The notes beneath the pieces were generated by a model. It did no database searches, was not told where the DNA came from, and was given only the letters and a program-made list of their open reading frames with translations. From the IMG/VR virus record IMGVR_UViG_3300045973_000209, positions 1-64,000 of that record: DNA of 64,000 nt. The stretch is one strand, 5' to 3'. The stretch's first letter is position 1; each line of letters starts with the position of its first letter. The position numbers and the translations under genes were made by a program. Below, piece by piece: positions 55,327 to 64,000 of the stretch. Source of the stretch: a virus.

Positions 55327-55941
55327 TTATTTTTTAATTAATGAATCTAAAACTCTAATATCATCTTTTATTAAAGAATCAATTAAAGGAGCATTATTTT
55401 GATCTTTATTCATTTCTAATGTAGTTGCTTTTAATAAAAGATTACTACTTACTCCAATAACACCATTTGCTTTTATACTATTAGTTTGTATATCAAGTTT
55501 TTTAATAGTAGCATATGTACCTAGTACCATAATTACACAAGTAAATGCTAATACACCAATAGCTATTTTAGGATACTTTTTAAAGAATCTATATTCTCTT
55601 AAATCAACATTTAATTCTTCTAATTTCTTTTCAGTATCAGCTTTCTTATCATCAATCTTTTTATCTATTCTTTCTAATACTTCTTTTTGAGGACAATTTA
55701 AAATATGATTAGTTTCATCTAATTGAACATTAGTAATAGTTTGTTCTAATGTAGTAACTCTACCATTAGTTTTCATTGTTTGTGCTTCAATTCTAGCTAG
55801 AGTAACATCTTGTGCAGTCATTCTAGCATTAAGTACTGTAGATTCTGCACTATGTTGAATAACAACTATCTTAAGCTTATCATCAAAGGATCTTAACTTC
55901 TCATCAAAAAGTTCTCTGAGAAGATCTATATTTTCAGGCAT
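55327..55941 (-). CDS. coiled-coil protein with one transmembrane segment
   Basis: Heptad-rich N-terminal 120 aa, TM IAIGVLAFTCVIMVLGTYATI, roughly 55-aa C-terminal tail. Confidence 0.6.
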   Translation of the reverse strand: MPENIDLLRELFDEKLRSFDDKLKIVVIQHSAESTVLNARMTAQDVTLARIEAQTMKTNGRVTTLEQTITNVQLDETNHILNCPQKEVLERIDKKIDDKKADTEKKLEELNVDLREYRFFKKYPKIAIGVLAFTCVIMVLGTYATIKKLDIQTNSIKANGVIGVSSNLLLKATTLEMNKDQNNAPLIDSLIKDDIRVLDSLIKK

Positions 55942-56037
55942 AATTATATATGTTATAATATAATTAGTAATATTTTATCTTTATATTAGTACTTTTTTGC
56001 TTGCTGTTTTGCTTAGTTATAATGAAATCCGAAAACA

Positions 56038-57177
56038 CTAATTACTCCCTGCTGTTGGTATTATCTGCAACATTAAAACCTTCCCCTTTGCAGAATTATA
56101 TTCAATCTCATTGTCTGTTGATTCTTGTATCTGACATCTATACCAGTTGTTATTATCTGGCCCGTGACATGAATTATAATATCCTCCTGTTAATAAAGTT
56201 GGGCCTCCCGGAAGAGATTTTGTCTCCCACGTAGTTCCAAGATCACAAGAAAGATATATACTTTCAAGTAGGTATTCATTAGAGAATAATATACCCAAAT
56301 CATTCCCGTATGTCATATCTAAAACATCATTGGCATTTTCAATTTTCACATACGTGGCCTCATCTAATATAGAACTGTATGGTGCTTTCCAAAAGCCAAG
56401 ATAAGCTGCCCCAGAATCACTTGCCCAATAAGCGTAACCATTATTTACATTGAAATAGAAACCCGATGTATGCCAACGATTCCCAACATCAACATATCCC
56501 CTTACTTTCGTCCAAGACCAAGTATCTAAACTCATATTATAAAAACCCTGAATCCATCCACTATCACCACCATCACCCACTGATGCCCACCATGAGTTAT
56601 CAATAGGACAATAATCAACAGCCTCAAAATGTCTTATTGAAATACCTCCGCACGTTACTCCTATTTTAAAAGCACTTTTTATAGTCTTAAACGAATCAGT
56701 AGAATACCAAATATTTCCTGCTGTTCCACTTTGTATTGAATATTTGCCCCAAACTATCATTTGCTTGCCACCAACAATAGTATTTTTTGATATTGACTGA
56801 ATGCCTTTAAAGTTATCATAAGTCTCAAAACCAGTAGGAGTCCATGCACTGCCATTAATATCTAAAATAGTTGATAAATGATAGGAAGAAAGGTTATTTG
56901 TAGAATAGAAGCACTGTGTTCTGTTTGCCCATCCTATTGTTCCGTCAGCACATATAATAGCATAATCTATTATGTCACAAACTCCAGTTAAATCTAAACT
57001 ATAGGGATAAGTAACACCTCCATCAAGACTCAAAGAAAGAACACTCACATTATCAAACTTCAACCACTTATTTCCATATACAGTACATATATGGTTTGTT
57101 ACAGTAGTGAAATAGTATGACTTCAAGCCACCAACCGATCCCCTTTTGACTGAACTATAACTACCGTATGTTATCAT
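56038..57177 (-). CDS. BNR/Asp-box repeat beta-propeller protein (sialidase-like fold), putative receptor-binding or glycan-cleaving tail protein
   Basis: Asp-box-like motifs SLDGGVTY, STDSFKTI, SCDLGTTW; W/G-rich blade-like repeats; ATGA overlap with the upstream fibre gene. Confidence 0.5.
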   Translation of the reverse strand: MITYGSYSSVKRGSVGGLKSYYFTTVTNHICTVYGNKWLKFDNVSVLSLSLDGGVTYPYSLDLTGVCDIIDYAIICADGTIGWANRTQCFYSTNNLSSYHLSTILDINGSAWTPTGFETYDNFKGIQSISKNTIVGGKQMIVWGKYSIQSGTAGNIWYSTDSFKTIKSAFKIGVTCGGISIRHFEAVDYCPIDNSWWASVGDGGDSGWIQGFYNMSLDTWSWTKVRGYVDVGNRWHTSGFYFNVNNGYAYWASDSGAAYLGFWKAPYSSILDEATYVKIENANDVLDMTYGNDLGILFSNEYLLESIYLSCDLGTTWETKSLPGGPTLLTGGYYNSCHGPDNNNWYRCQIQESTDNEIEYNSAKGKVLMLQIIPTAGSN

Positions 57178-58439
57178 ATATTTGCTCCTAATGAAGTTAA
57201 ATATCCTGTTTTAAATACTGTTATTATATCAGCAACATCCTGATCAGTAAAAGCACCCCCGACAATAGCAAAAGATACTTGATTTGTGTCTTGACATATC
57301 AATACATTCGCATTTGCAATAGCAGAAGAACCTTTTGCCTGACTGGTTTTAGAGTTTCCTATATAAACATTAATAGTTGTATTATCTGGTCTAACGCTTA
57401 TCAGCATGTCTTGAATGTTCGCTTTTGATGCACCAAAATAGGTGGCGCTATTTATTTGGCTATATAGAAAACCGTCTGTGTAGTATTGAATATATGAATT
57501 TGTGCCAGTAGTAGTACCAATAATAGGCTTTGCATTTTTATTATTAGTTCTTGAATAAACCCCTATAGATGTACTATTTAATGATAAATGAATTGCATTA
57601 GTTGATGGATTATAATTAGTGTCTATGTATTTAGTTCCACCATCTCCAGTCCATCCTCTATCTGTTACAAAGGTTGGGGTACTTACAAGTGTAATGTTGT
57701 TCCTATTTGCTAATATATTTAATCTGGAACTTAAAGTCCCGTGAGAAGCAAGCAAGTAAATACAATCTGTTTTTGCCCAAAATGCTTTAGTTTTTCCAAG
57801 AGTAAACGCATCACTTATTATTTGTTTTCTTGCATCAGAAGGCGTTTCAGAAAGTGCTGTCATTCTTGAAAAAAGTGCAACTGCATCTGTATCATAAGGA
57901 GGAGCAGGAGCAGTCTTGTATACTTCACTACTGTAGTCAGAGAAGAACTCTGTATTTTTTGCTCTAATTTTATAATACACAACCGACGTAGTGATTACGT
58001 GATCGTAGGCTTGAGTTCCGGCAGTAACAGTAGTAAGCAAGGAATATCCTCCTCCTGCTATGTTTGCATAAATCTCTATATGAGTTGCATCAGTATTGTT
58101 ATCAGCCCATGTTAATCTTAAACCACCTGTAATTATTGCAACGGATAGTGTTGATGGAACACTTAAAGTAATAAGCTTTGACCTTAGTTTATAATCAACT
58201 ATCTCAGCATACAACCCTGTATGATCATAGGTTTGAACTCCGATATTAAGAGTAGTTAAAAGAGCATAAGCAGCACCGTCAATACTTGCCCATATCTCTG
58301 TCTGAGTTCCCGCAACCGAAGTAAATGTAATTCTATTACCTCCTGTTATTGGAGTAATAATAACATTGGTAATTTGTGAAGTCCAGTTACGACTCCACGA
58401 AGGATTCAATATCTTACTATTTGTATTATTAAAATTCAT
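57174..58439 (-). CDS. tail fibre protein with two FN3-like repeats
   Basis: ITGGNRITFTSVAGTQTEIWASIDGAAYALLTTLNIGVQTYDHTGL and ITGGLRLTWADNNTDATHIEIYANIAGGGYSLLTTVTAGTQAYDHV are tandem FN3-like units. Confidence 0.6.
   Translation of the reverse strand: MNFNNTNSKILNPSWSRNWTSQITNVIITPITGGNRITFTSVAGTQTEIWASIDGAAYALLTTLNIGVQTYDHTGLYAEIVDYKLRSKLITLSVPSTLSVAIITGGLRLTWADNNTDATHIEIYANIAGGGYSLLTTVTAGTQAYDHVITTSVVYYKIRAKNTEFFSDYSSEVYKTAPAPPYDTDAVALFSRMTALSETPSDARKQIISDAFTLGKTKAFWAKTDCIYLLASHGTLSSRLNILANRNNITLVSTPTFVTDRGWTGDGGTKYIDTNYNPSTNAIHLSLNSTSIGVYSRTNNKNAKPIIGTTTGTNSYIQYYTDGFLYSQINSATYFGASKANIQDMLISVRPDNTTINVYIGNSKTSQAKGSSAIANANVLICQDTNQVSFAIVGGAFTDQDVADIITVFKTGYLTSLGANI
57915..58367 (-). repeat. 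two tandem FN3-like modules (protein level)
   Basis: aa ~25-90 and ~97-175 of the 421-aa protein share the ITGG.R.T....T..EI.A.I.G..Y.LLTT...G.Q.YDH pattern. Confidence 0.6.
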
Positions 58440-58442
58440 ATA

Positions 58443-58706
58443 CTACAAATTAAAACCAAACACATTGCCACCACTATAAGTAATATTTTTTATTTTACCA
58501 GCACTACCAGAAGCTAATGTTATAGGTTCATTAAAAGTAATTCCAGTTAAATTTTTAGCAGTTAATAAATTAACACCATTTGCATCTGCAAGTACTGTTA
58601 ATATAACACCTACACCTATTACTATAAAGTCATAAGTTTTAGTGGTATTACCAGAAAGTACAAATTCACCACCATCAATACCACCTAATAATTCTAAATA
58701 TCTCAT
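58443..58706 (-). CDS. hypothetical small structural-module protein
   Basis: 87-aa ORF, 3 nt from the downstream gene start. Confidence 0.5.
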   Translation of the reverse strand: MRYLELLGGIDGGEFVLSGNTTKTYDFIVIGVGVILTVLADANGVNLLTAKNLTGITFNEPITLASGSAGKIKNITYSGGNVFGFNL

Positions 58707-58718
58707 ATCTTTATAATT

Positions 58719-59585
58719 TTAATTATTAACAAATTCTTTTTGATGAATCTCTTTTTTAATCTCTTTTTCAGGACGTCTATAATTCAAAAAATGTATAGAA
58801 TCTATCTTCATTAATTCTAGCATCTTATTAAGAATACCAATCTCAGTAGTATTAAGAATTTCATCTTTGTTATTAAATACAATATCCTTCTTACTGCCTC
58901 TTCTAGTAAACTTACTAGGTATAAACTTAAAAAATCCTCTATTTTCTATAGCACCTGCTTCCCACCAAAACCAATATCCATAATCACTATTATGATGTGT
59001 ATGCCATTTAACTCCATCTGGTGCATTTGCAGTATTAAAAGGAGTCTTACCTTCTTCTATTAATTGTTTCTTATATTTATTACTATTACCCCAATCTACT
59101 GGAAGTTTTACAGGAACTCCTTTAAAAAGAAAAGTACGAGCTTTTTCCCTTATATATAATTTACCAGCATTTCCAAATGTATAATATCCACCTTTAAGTA
59201 TATATTTAGCTATTTCTTGATTACTATATCCTAACATTTTAAGATATACTTCATAAGGCATTATAGCTTTATTAAGACGTTCATAAAGAAGTTCATGAAG
59301 TGTAGTATAACGAATAGCATTTACATATGACTTAACATAATGTGCAACTCGTGTTAATTGACCATTTTCTACGAGTTGTTTTATTTTTATATAAGCTATA
59401 TATGGATTTTCAAAAAGATTATCAACATTAATACCTACGTTTTCAAACTCAGATTTATTATTAATAATAGCATTTTTAAGATATTCTTTACTACCATAAT
59501 ATTGAGTAATTTTATTACTAACTGTAGCAATTTTGATCTCAAGATTAGTAATATAATCTTTATATAAATCTTTAGTTTCTAACAT
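58719..59585 (-). CDS. hypothetical structural-module protein
   Basis: 288-aa ORF in the operon. Confidence 0.6.
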   Translation of the reverse strand: MLETKDLYKDYITNLEIKIATVSNKITQYYGSKEYLKNAIINNKSEFENVGINVDNLFENPYIAYIKIKQLVENGQLTRVAHYVKSYVNAIRYTTLHELLYERLNKAIMPYEVYLKMLGYSNQEIAKYILKGGYYTFGNAGKLYIREKARTFLFKGVPVKLPVDWGNSNKYKKQLIEEGKTPFNTANAPDGVKWHTHHNSDYGYWFWWEAGAIENRGFFKFIPSKFTRRGSKKDIVFNNKDEILNTTEIGILNKMLELMKIDSIHFLNYRRPEKEIKKEIHQKEFVNN

Positions 59586-59589
59586 TGTA

Positions 59590-60234
59590 TTATTCTATAT
59601 CTCTAGTTGTAACTGGATTTTTTGACTGTGCATCAGAAGTATTTCTAACTAATCTAGTAACTTCTTCAATAACTGCATTTAGCATATCTCCTGCAAGAGG
59701 AAATTCCATATCATCTTTATAACATAAACCTGTAGGATCATCACTATCTCTAGTAACATCTAATCTCTCATATACTGCATCTACTAATAACCATTCAAGT
59801 TTAGTATTGTTCCAAATATATATATATTCATTTGTATAAATATAAGCAATTCCACCTCCAATAAGTCTTAGATGTCTACTAAACATCATGATATAGGGCT
59901 TAATATGCCTAAACGGAACCATCCTATCGGTCTTACCCACAAATACAAAAGGAGTATCTGACTGGTGTCTAATAGGGGCAGGAATCTTATATTTAGTTCT
60001 TAGAATAGTATATCTAGAAGGTGTATTTGGATCAATAGATGCATTAACTAAAATTAGTTCAGCTACGTATGGCTGAATATATCTTTCATTAATTCCATAT
60101 TTATCTGCTTCTCTATGAACAAAAGTATTTCTAGTTTGAATAATTAAATCTTTTAATCTTTCAAGAAAAAGAATATCATTACCTCTGTCAAAACTTTCAG
60201 CAATTTGAGATGCTAATGTACTAAGTGTAGCCAT
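59590..60234 (-). CDS. hypothetical structural-module protein
   Basis: 214-aa ORF in the operon. Confidence 0.6.
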   Translation of the reverse strand: MATLSTLASQIAESFDRGNDILFLERLKDLIIQTRNTFVHREADKYGINERYIQPYVAELILVNASIDPNTPSRYTILRTKYKIPAPIRHQSDTPFVFVGKTDRMVPFRHIKPYIMMFSRHLRLIGGGIAYIYTNEYIYIWNNTKLEWLLVDAVYERLDVTRDSDDPTGLCYKDDMEFPLAGDMLNAVIEEVTRLVRNTSDAQSKNPVTTRDIE

Positions 60235-60235
60235 A

Positions 60236-62872
60236 TTATTTCATTAAATATTTACCATTATGTTTCTTATGTTTACCATTATGCATTATAAATTGAGAAA
60301 GTGTTTTTCCAGAAACTACACTTCCATATCCAGTACCTGTACTATTTGTTGCATAAGCTCTAAAATAATATCTAGTAGTAGAAATAAGTCCTGTAACTGA
60401 ACTAGTAAAACTACCTACTCCTGTTCCATCTGACGTTTTATTATTACTAATTGTAGGATTAGTAATTATATCCCAACATATTCCCTTTTCTATAACTGTT
60501 GCTCCACCATCATTTGTAACATTACCTCCACCATTTAATATTGTTCCATGAATATTAGATAAACTACCAGTAGTAACTGTTGGAATACTTCCACTAGTTC
60601 CATATATTCTAGCGCCTATTTGCCAAGTTCCATTTTGATTTGTAGTTGCAGGAGTACTTCCAGTAACCCAAGTACTTGTAGTAGTTAATCCTGTTTGCCA
60701 AGTACTAGTTAAGTCAGTACCATTAATACGAACGGCTGGTACAAAATCAGTAACATTATTAAAATTAGGATTAACAACTAAAGAATGTGTATCATATCCT
60801 AATACTTGCCATTGTGCAAATGTTAATACATTACCATTATATGCAAATAATGGAGTACCACTACTACAATAAAAAATATTATAATCACTTTCAAAACCGC
60901 TAGTGCAACTAGCATCTTCAAGATTGATAGATATTATTCCATATTGAGTTGTATATATAATATTGTTTTTAATCTTAGTACCTGTAGATGGAGCATTACC
61001 TCCTTCAGGACTATCATTTTCTTGAACATATATTATTGCACCTTGACTAACAGGATATGGAGCAAATGATTGATAAAAGGTATTATTATATATTTTTGCA
61101 CCATTAATACCACGTACAATAACACCAATCATACAATCTTTAAAAATGTTATATGCTACTCCATTTGTAGTATTGGTCATACTACTTCCTGCACTTCCTG
61201 ATTTTAGTACAACACCGTATGGTGAATTAAAAACATAATTATATCGTATATCATTATTTATATTAAATCCTACAAATATACCATGTGTAGGATAATCAGT
61301 AGCCGGTGAACCAGTCCAATGTATATAATTACCAGTAATAACTTGACCATCAAGTTTATTATTTAAAGTAGAACTATATGCTTCATCACCAGAATTTAGC
61401 ATATATCCACTAGTTGGTCCTGTACTTAAATTATTATTTGTAAAAACAAAATTAGTTTGTGATGTATGTAATGTATTATATGTACTAGTAAGATTCTGTC
61501 CAGTAACAGTTAAATTTATAGTACCTCCTCCACCAGTAGAATTGGTTTCAAATACACCCATATCTGGTGCAGAACCATTAAATGGTAATCCTACATCAAT
61601 TCCTGCATCAATTAAATCAGAACTACTAAGTAAATGCCCAAAAGTTATATCTGGTAAACTACCATCTGTTTTTCTTGTTCCACTTAATTGAGAAATAGTA
61701 ACACTACTAAAATCTCCAGTATTTACAGTAATCCCTCCATCCCAAGTATTATGATCACTAGTTGATGTTGCTAAATGGACTTGAACTGTTCCTGCTCTAT
61801 TATTAAAAGCTGCATTATTACGAAATATATTTCCTATTCCACTAATATAACTAAATTCCCAACCCATTTGTGCATTATCAAATGCTAAATTGTTATAGAA
61901 ATTCATTCTACAAGTACCCCAACCTGATCCCCAGTTTTGATCAAAACCATGATGTTTATTACCAGCAGCAATACAATTTGTAATTATCCTTCGTACTGTA
62001 CTATTATAAGAAGTTCCAGTATAACCTGGCCCTAATTTAAATCCTTGTCCATTACCCATTGGAGAACCATCATCTTTATAACCATTATAAAATGACCAAC
62101 AATTTTTAAGAGTTATATAAGAATCTACTCCATATAAATCCCAACCATCATCTGCATTTCTCCATGCTCTACATCCATCAAATATAATATTATCAGAAGT
62201 ATTTGCAGATGCTCCACCAGTTACACCAAATCCATTTGCATTTTCAAATGGTGCAAATACTCCAGAATTAGATGAATTAGGATCTATACAATAATATGCA
62301 TCACAATTCTTATATGTTACATAGGTAGAATTATTACAAGTGAATCCATAACCTCCCATATCATGAGCAACACAATTTTCAATAGTAATATGATTTGAAC
62401 TAGTAGTATAAAATCCTGCTATATTAGGTGCTTCTGGTAAACCATGTGCAGGATCAGCAGGTGGTTGTAGTATTCCAGTTATAACTAATCCTTTTATATC
62501 TAAATAACTACAACTTCTATTTATAATAACAAAACACGCAGATTGATTGGTGGTAATATTACTTAAATTAAAAACTGGAACTTCTCCAGGATAAGCACTA
62601 ATAACAACATGAGAACTACTTGTTCCATTTAAATTTTCTATATATAAATGTGCAGCTGCACTATTACCATAAGTTGAACGATATGTTCCACCTCTAATAT
62701 ATAAAATATCTCCTGCGCCTATACGACTGACACCATATTGTATATCTAACCATGGACTATTAATACTTGTACCATTATTAGCATTACTTCCATTTGTAGC
62801 TACATAATATGTAGTTGCATTAGATAATAATGTAATAAAAACTAAAGATAAAATAATAATTAACTTTTTCAT
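60236..62872 (-). CDS. right-handed beta-helix (pectate-lyase-like) protein with N-terminal signal peptide; putative polysaccharide depolymerase
   Basis: MKKLIIILSLVFITLLSNA/TTYYVATNGSNANNGTSINSPW..IQYG....AGDILYIRGGTY is the classic pectate-lyase-fold N-terminus, followed by many N/G/T-rich coil repeats. The C-terminal GICW...T.YYFRAYATNSTGTGYG module is one I recall as common in Bacteroidota surface proteins (from memory, not checked). ATG at 62872 preferred over the listed 62908 start. Confidence 0.65.
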   Translation of the reverse strand: MKKLIIILSLVFITLLSNATTYYVATNGSNANNGTSINSPWLDIQYGVSRIGAGDILYIRGGTYRSTYGNSAAAHLYIENLNGTSSSHVVISAYPGEVPVFNLSNITTNQSACFVIINRSCSYLDIKGLVITGILQPPADPAHGLPEAPNIAGFYTTSSNHITIENCVAHDMGGYGFTCNNSTYVTYKNCDAYYCIDPNSSNSGVFAPFENANGFGVTGGASANTSDNIIFDGCRAWRNADDGWDLYGVDSYITLKNCWSFYNGYKDDGSPMGNGQGFKLGPGYTGTSYNSTVRRIITNCIAAGNKHHGFDQNWGSGWGTCRMNFYNNLAFDNAQMGWEFSYISGIGNIFRNNAAFNNRAGTVQVHLATSTSDHNTWDGGITVNTGDFSSVTISQLSGTRKTDGSLPDITFGHLLSSSDLIDAGIDVGLPFNGSAPDMGVFETNSTGGGGTINLTVTGQNLTSTYNTLHTSQTNFVFTNNNLSTGPTSGYMLNSGDEAYSSTLNNKLDGQVITGNYIHWTGSPATDYPTHGIFVGFNINNDIRYNYVFNSPYGVVLKSGSAGSSMTNTTNGVAYNIFKDCMIGVIVRGINGAKIYNNTFYQSFAPYPVSQGAIIYVQENDSPEGGNAPSTGTKIKNNIIYTTQYGIISINLEDASCTSGFESDYNIFYCSSGTPLFAYNGNVLTFAQWQVLGYDTHSLVVNPNFNNVTDFVPAVRINGTDLTSTWQTGLTTTSTWVTGSTPATTNQNGTWQIGARIYGTSGSIPTVTTGSLSNIHGTILNGGGNVTNDGGATVIEKGICWDIITNPTISNNKTSDGTGVGSFTSSVTGLISTTRYYFRAYATNSTGTGYGSVVSGKTLSQFIMHNGKHKKHNGKYLMK

Positions 62873-62876
62873 AATA

Positions 62877-63701
62877 TTAATTAAAAGGATGTGTTTTTCC
62901 AGCACCACTATTATATAATGTAGTAACTTCAGTTGAAGTTAATCCTCTATTCCATATAGCAATTTCATCTAATATACCAACTATTCCATTTAAACTATTT
63001 ACTAATTCATTACCAAAGTTTAAATAATTAATTGTTGGAAGAACTCCAGTTGTAGTACCTCCAGTATTAGACACATATTTATCTACAGTATTTAAATATA
63101 TCTTAGCATTTTGCCCAGTACCAGATAACACAACAACTAAATTATACCACGTGTTTATTACATATTGATTATCACTAGCATAAAAATATCTATTTGCACC
63201 ACTTACATCATATACTTTAAAATATAAACCATCATCTGTTCCACCATAATTCATAATTATACTTATTCCATTATATGGCGCAGTTGCATATACTTCATCA
63301 AATAAATAATAAGTTCTGCCTGTAACATGTGGTAATGCAGTTAATTTAAACCATAATGAAATAGATAATGCTGAACTACTATATTGTATATTAGTTAAAG
63401 TAGCAACATTAATAAAATCACCAATATTTGAAAATGTAACTCCTTTATTTATTATACCTGTTGCATTTGAAGTAGCGCCACTTAATGCAGCATTTGCACT
63501 AGTTCCAACTGTTGCAACTTCTGTAGTTCCACTAGTAGCATCTAGTTTCCAATAAGCAATAAGTCCATTTAATAATGTTGAACTAGTACTTCCTACTGGA
63601 TAAGAACTTTGTACAACTCTTTGTAAATTACGTATAGGTGTTTGTGCAGTAACACTTATTACTATACATAAAAATAATGGAAATATTAATAGTTTTCTCA
63701 T
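62877..63701 (-). CDS. LamG/concanavalin-A-like lectin domain protein with N-terminal signal peptide
   Basis: MRKLLIFPLFLCIVISVTAQ; LIAYWKLD...LSISLWFKL...NTWYNLVVVLSG...KIYLN...GILDEIAIWNRGLTSTEVTTLYNSG matches the Laminin_G_3 pattern. ATG at 63701 (ATGA overlap) preferred over the listed 63728 start. Confidence 0.6.
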   Translation of the reverse strand: MRKLLIFPLFLCIVISVTAQTPIRNLQRVVQSSYPVGSTSSTLLNGLIAYWKLDATSGTTEVATVGTSANAALSGATSNATGIINKGVTFSNIGDFINVATLTNIQYSSSALSISLWFKLTALPHVTGRTYYLFDEVYATAPYNGISIIMNYGGTDDGLYFKVYDVSGANRYFYASDNQYVINTWYNLVVVLSGTGQNAKIYLNTVDKYVSNTGGTTTGVLPTINYLNFGNELVNSLNGIVGILDEIAIWNRGLTSTEVTTLYNSGAGKTHPFN

Positions 63702-64000
63702 GGTATTAAACTTCCTGTTAAATCCCAAACATTAGTCGATCTTTGAATAAATATAACATATGCATATCTAGCACCTACCTTTAAATATGAACTAGGACTA
63801 TGAATAGTTACATTAGTTCCAGCTACAATACTTGTTTGTCCAGTTCCACCCATAGTTACCATTACTGGAATATTAAGTGGAAAATTAACACTAGAATTTT
63901 GTAATATAGTAACAGTATTAGTACTCGAACTAGTCATTTCAATCACTTTGTTTTTATCAGTTAAAGCAACATTATATGCAGTTCCACTTTGAGTATTATA
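63698..64000 (-). CDS. hypothetical protein, probably 5'-truncated by the window edge
   Basis: The listed start at 63946 is GTG; the frame stays open to nt 64000 (..YNTQSGTAYNVALTDKNKVIEMTSS..). Confidence 0.5.
   Translation of the reverse strand, partial: YNTQSGTAYNVALTDKNKVIEMTSSSTNTVTILQNSSVNFPLNIPVMVTMGGTGQTSIVAGTNVTIHSPSSYLKVGARYAYVIFIQRSTNVWDLTGSLIP

Noticed and set aside
56001-56234. 77-aa plus-strand ORF at the 3' end of the BNR-propeller gene
   Set aside because: It uses a non-ATG start, lies mostly antisense to a gene with recognisable motifs, and is on the wrong strand for this module.
25619-64000. Stop-codon reassignment (TAG or TGA recoding) in late genes, as reported for some crAss-like lineages
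   Set aside because: Late genes, including ORFs of 5,824 and 1,991 codons, are intact under the standard code. Gene ends coincide with neighbouring starts, so there is no sign of in-frame stops needing read-through.
1-64000. CRISPR arrays, long tandem DNA repeats, terminal repeats, integrase/attachment sites, rRNA/tRNA genes
   Set aside because: I saw no regularly spaced direct repeats, no integrase or recombinase motifs and no cloverleaf-compatible GC-rich islands while reading through. A computational repeat and tRNA scan (tRNAscan-SE, self dot-plot) would be needed to exclude short or degenerate instances.

Overview
This AT-rich window (about 28-30% GC from hand counts of 60-nt lines) looks like a tailed dsDNA phage, and I infer a crAss-like (Crassvirales-type) phage of a Bacteroidota host. 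Two gene modules converge on a bidirectional terminator at 25561-25593.

Plus strand, 1-25512: a tightly packed DNA replication and nucleotide metabolism module. It holds an SF1B Dda/RecD-like helicase, a family-4 uracil-DNA glycosylase, a family B DNA polymerase, an SF2 helicase and a RecT-like protein. It also holds a DnaG-like primase, a dNMP kinase, ThyX, an ATP-dependent DNA ligase with a WGR-like N-terminus, Nudix, a Gp157-like protein, DUF932 and dUTPase. About 25 small unknown ORFs are interspersed, and the module ends in two free-standing homing endonucleases (GIY-YIG and an HNH of the EndoVII type).

Minus strand, 25619-64000: a late virion module.
- One uninterrupted 5,824-codon ORF carries a DFDMD (DxDxD) motif. 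That motif is typical of the virion-packaged two-barrel RNA polymerase of crAss-like phages, apparently fused here to several thousand residues of unknown cargo.
- Two roughly 800-aa putative ejection/cargo proteins.
- A 1,991-aa tail protein with repeated FISUMP-type modules.
- A GC-elevated BNR-propeller/FN3 fibre cassette.
- A pectate-lyase-like beta-helix protein and a LamG-like protein, both with Sec-type signal peptides.

No rRNA, tRNA, CRISPR array, integrase or reverse transcriptase was recognised. All functional calls rest on motifs read by eye from the supplied translations; no database search was possible.
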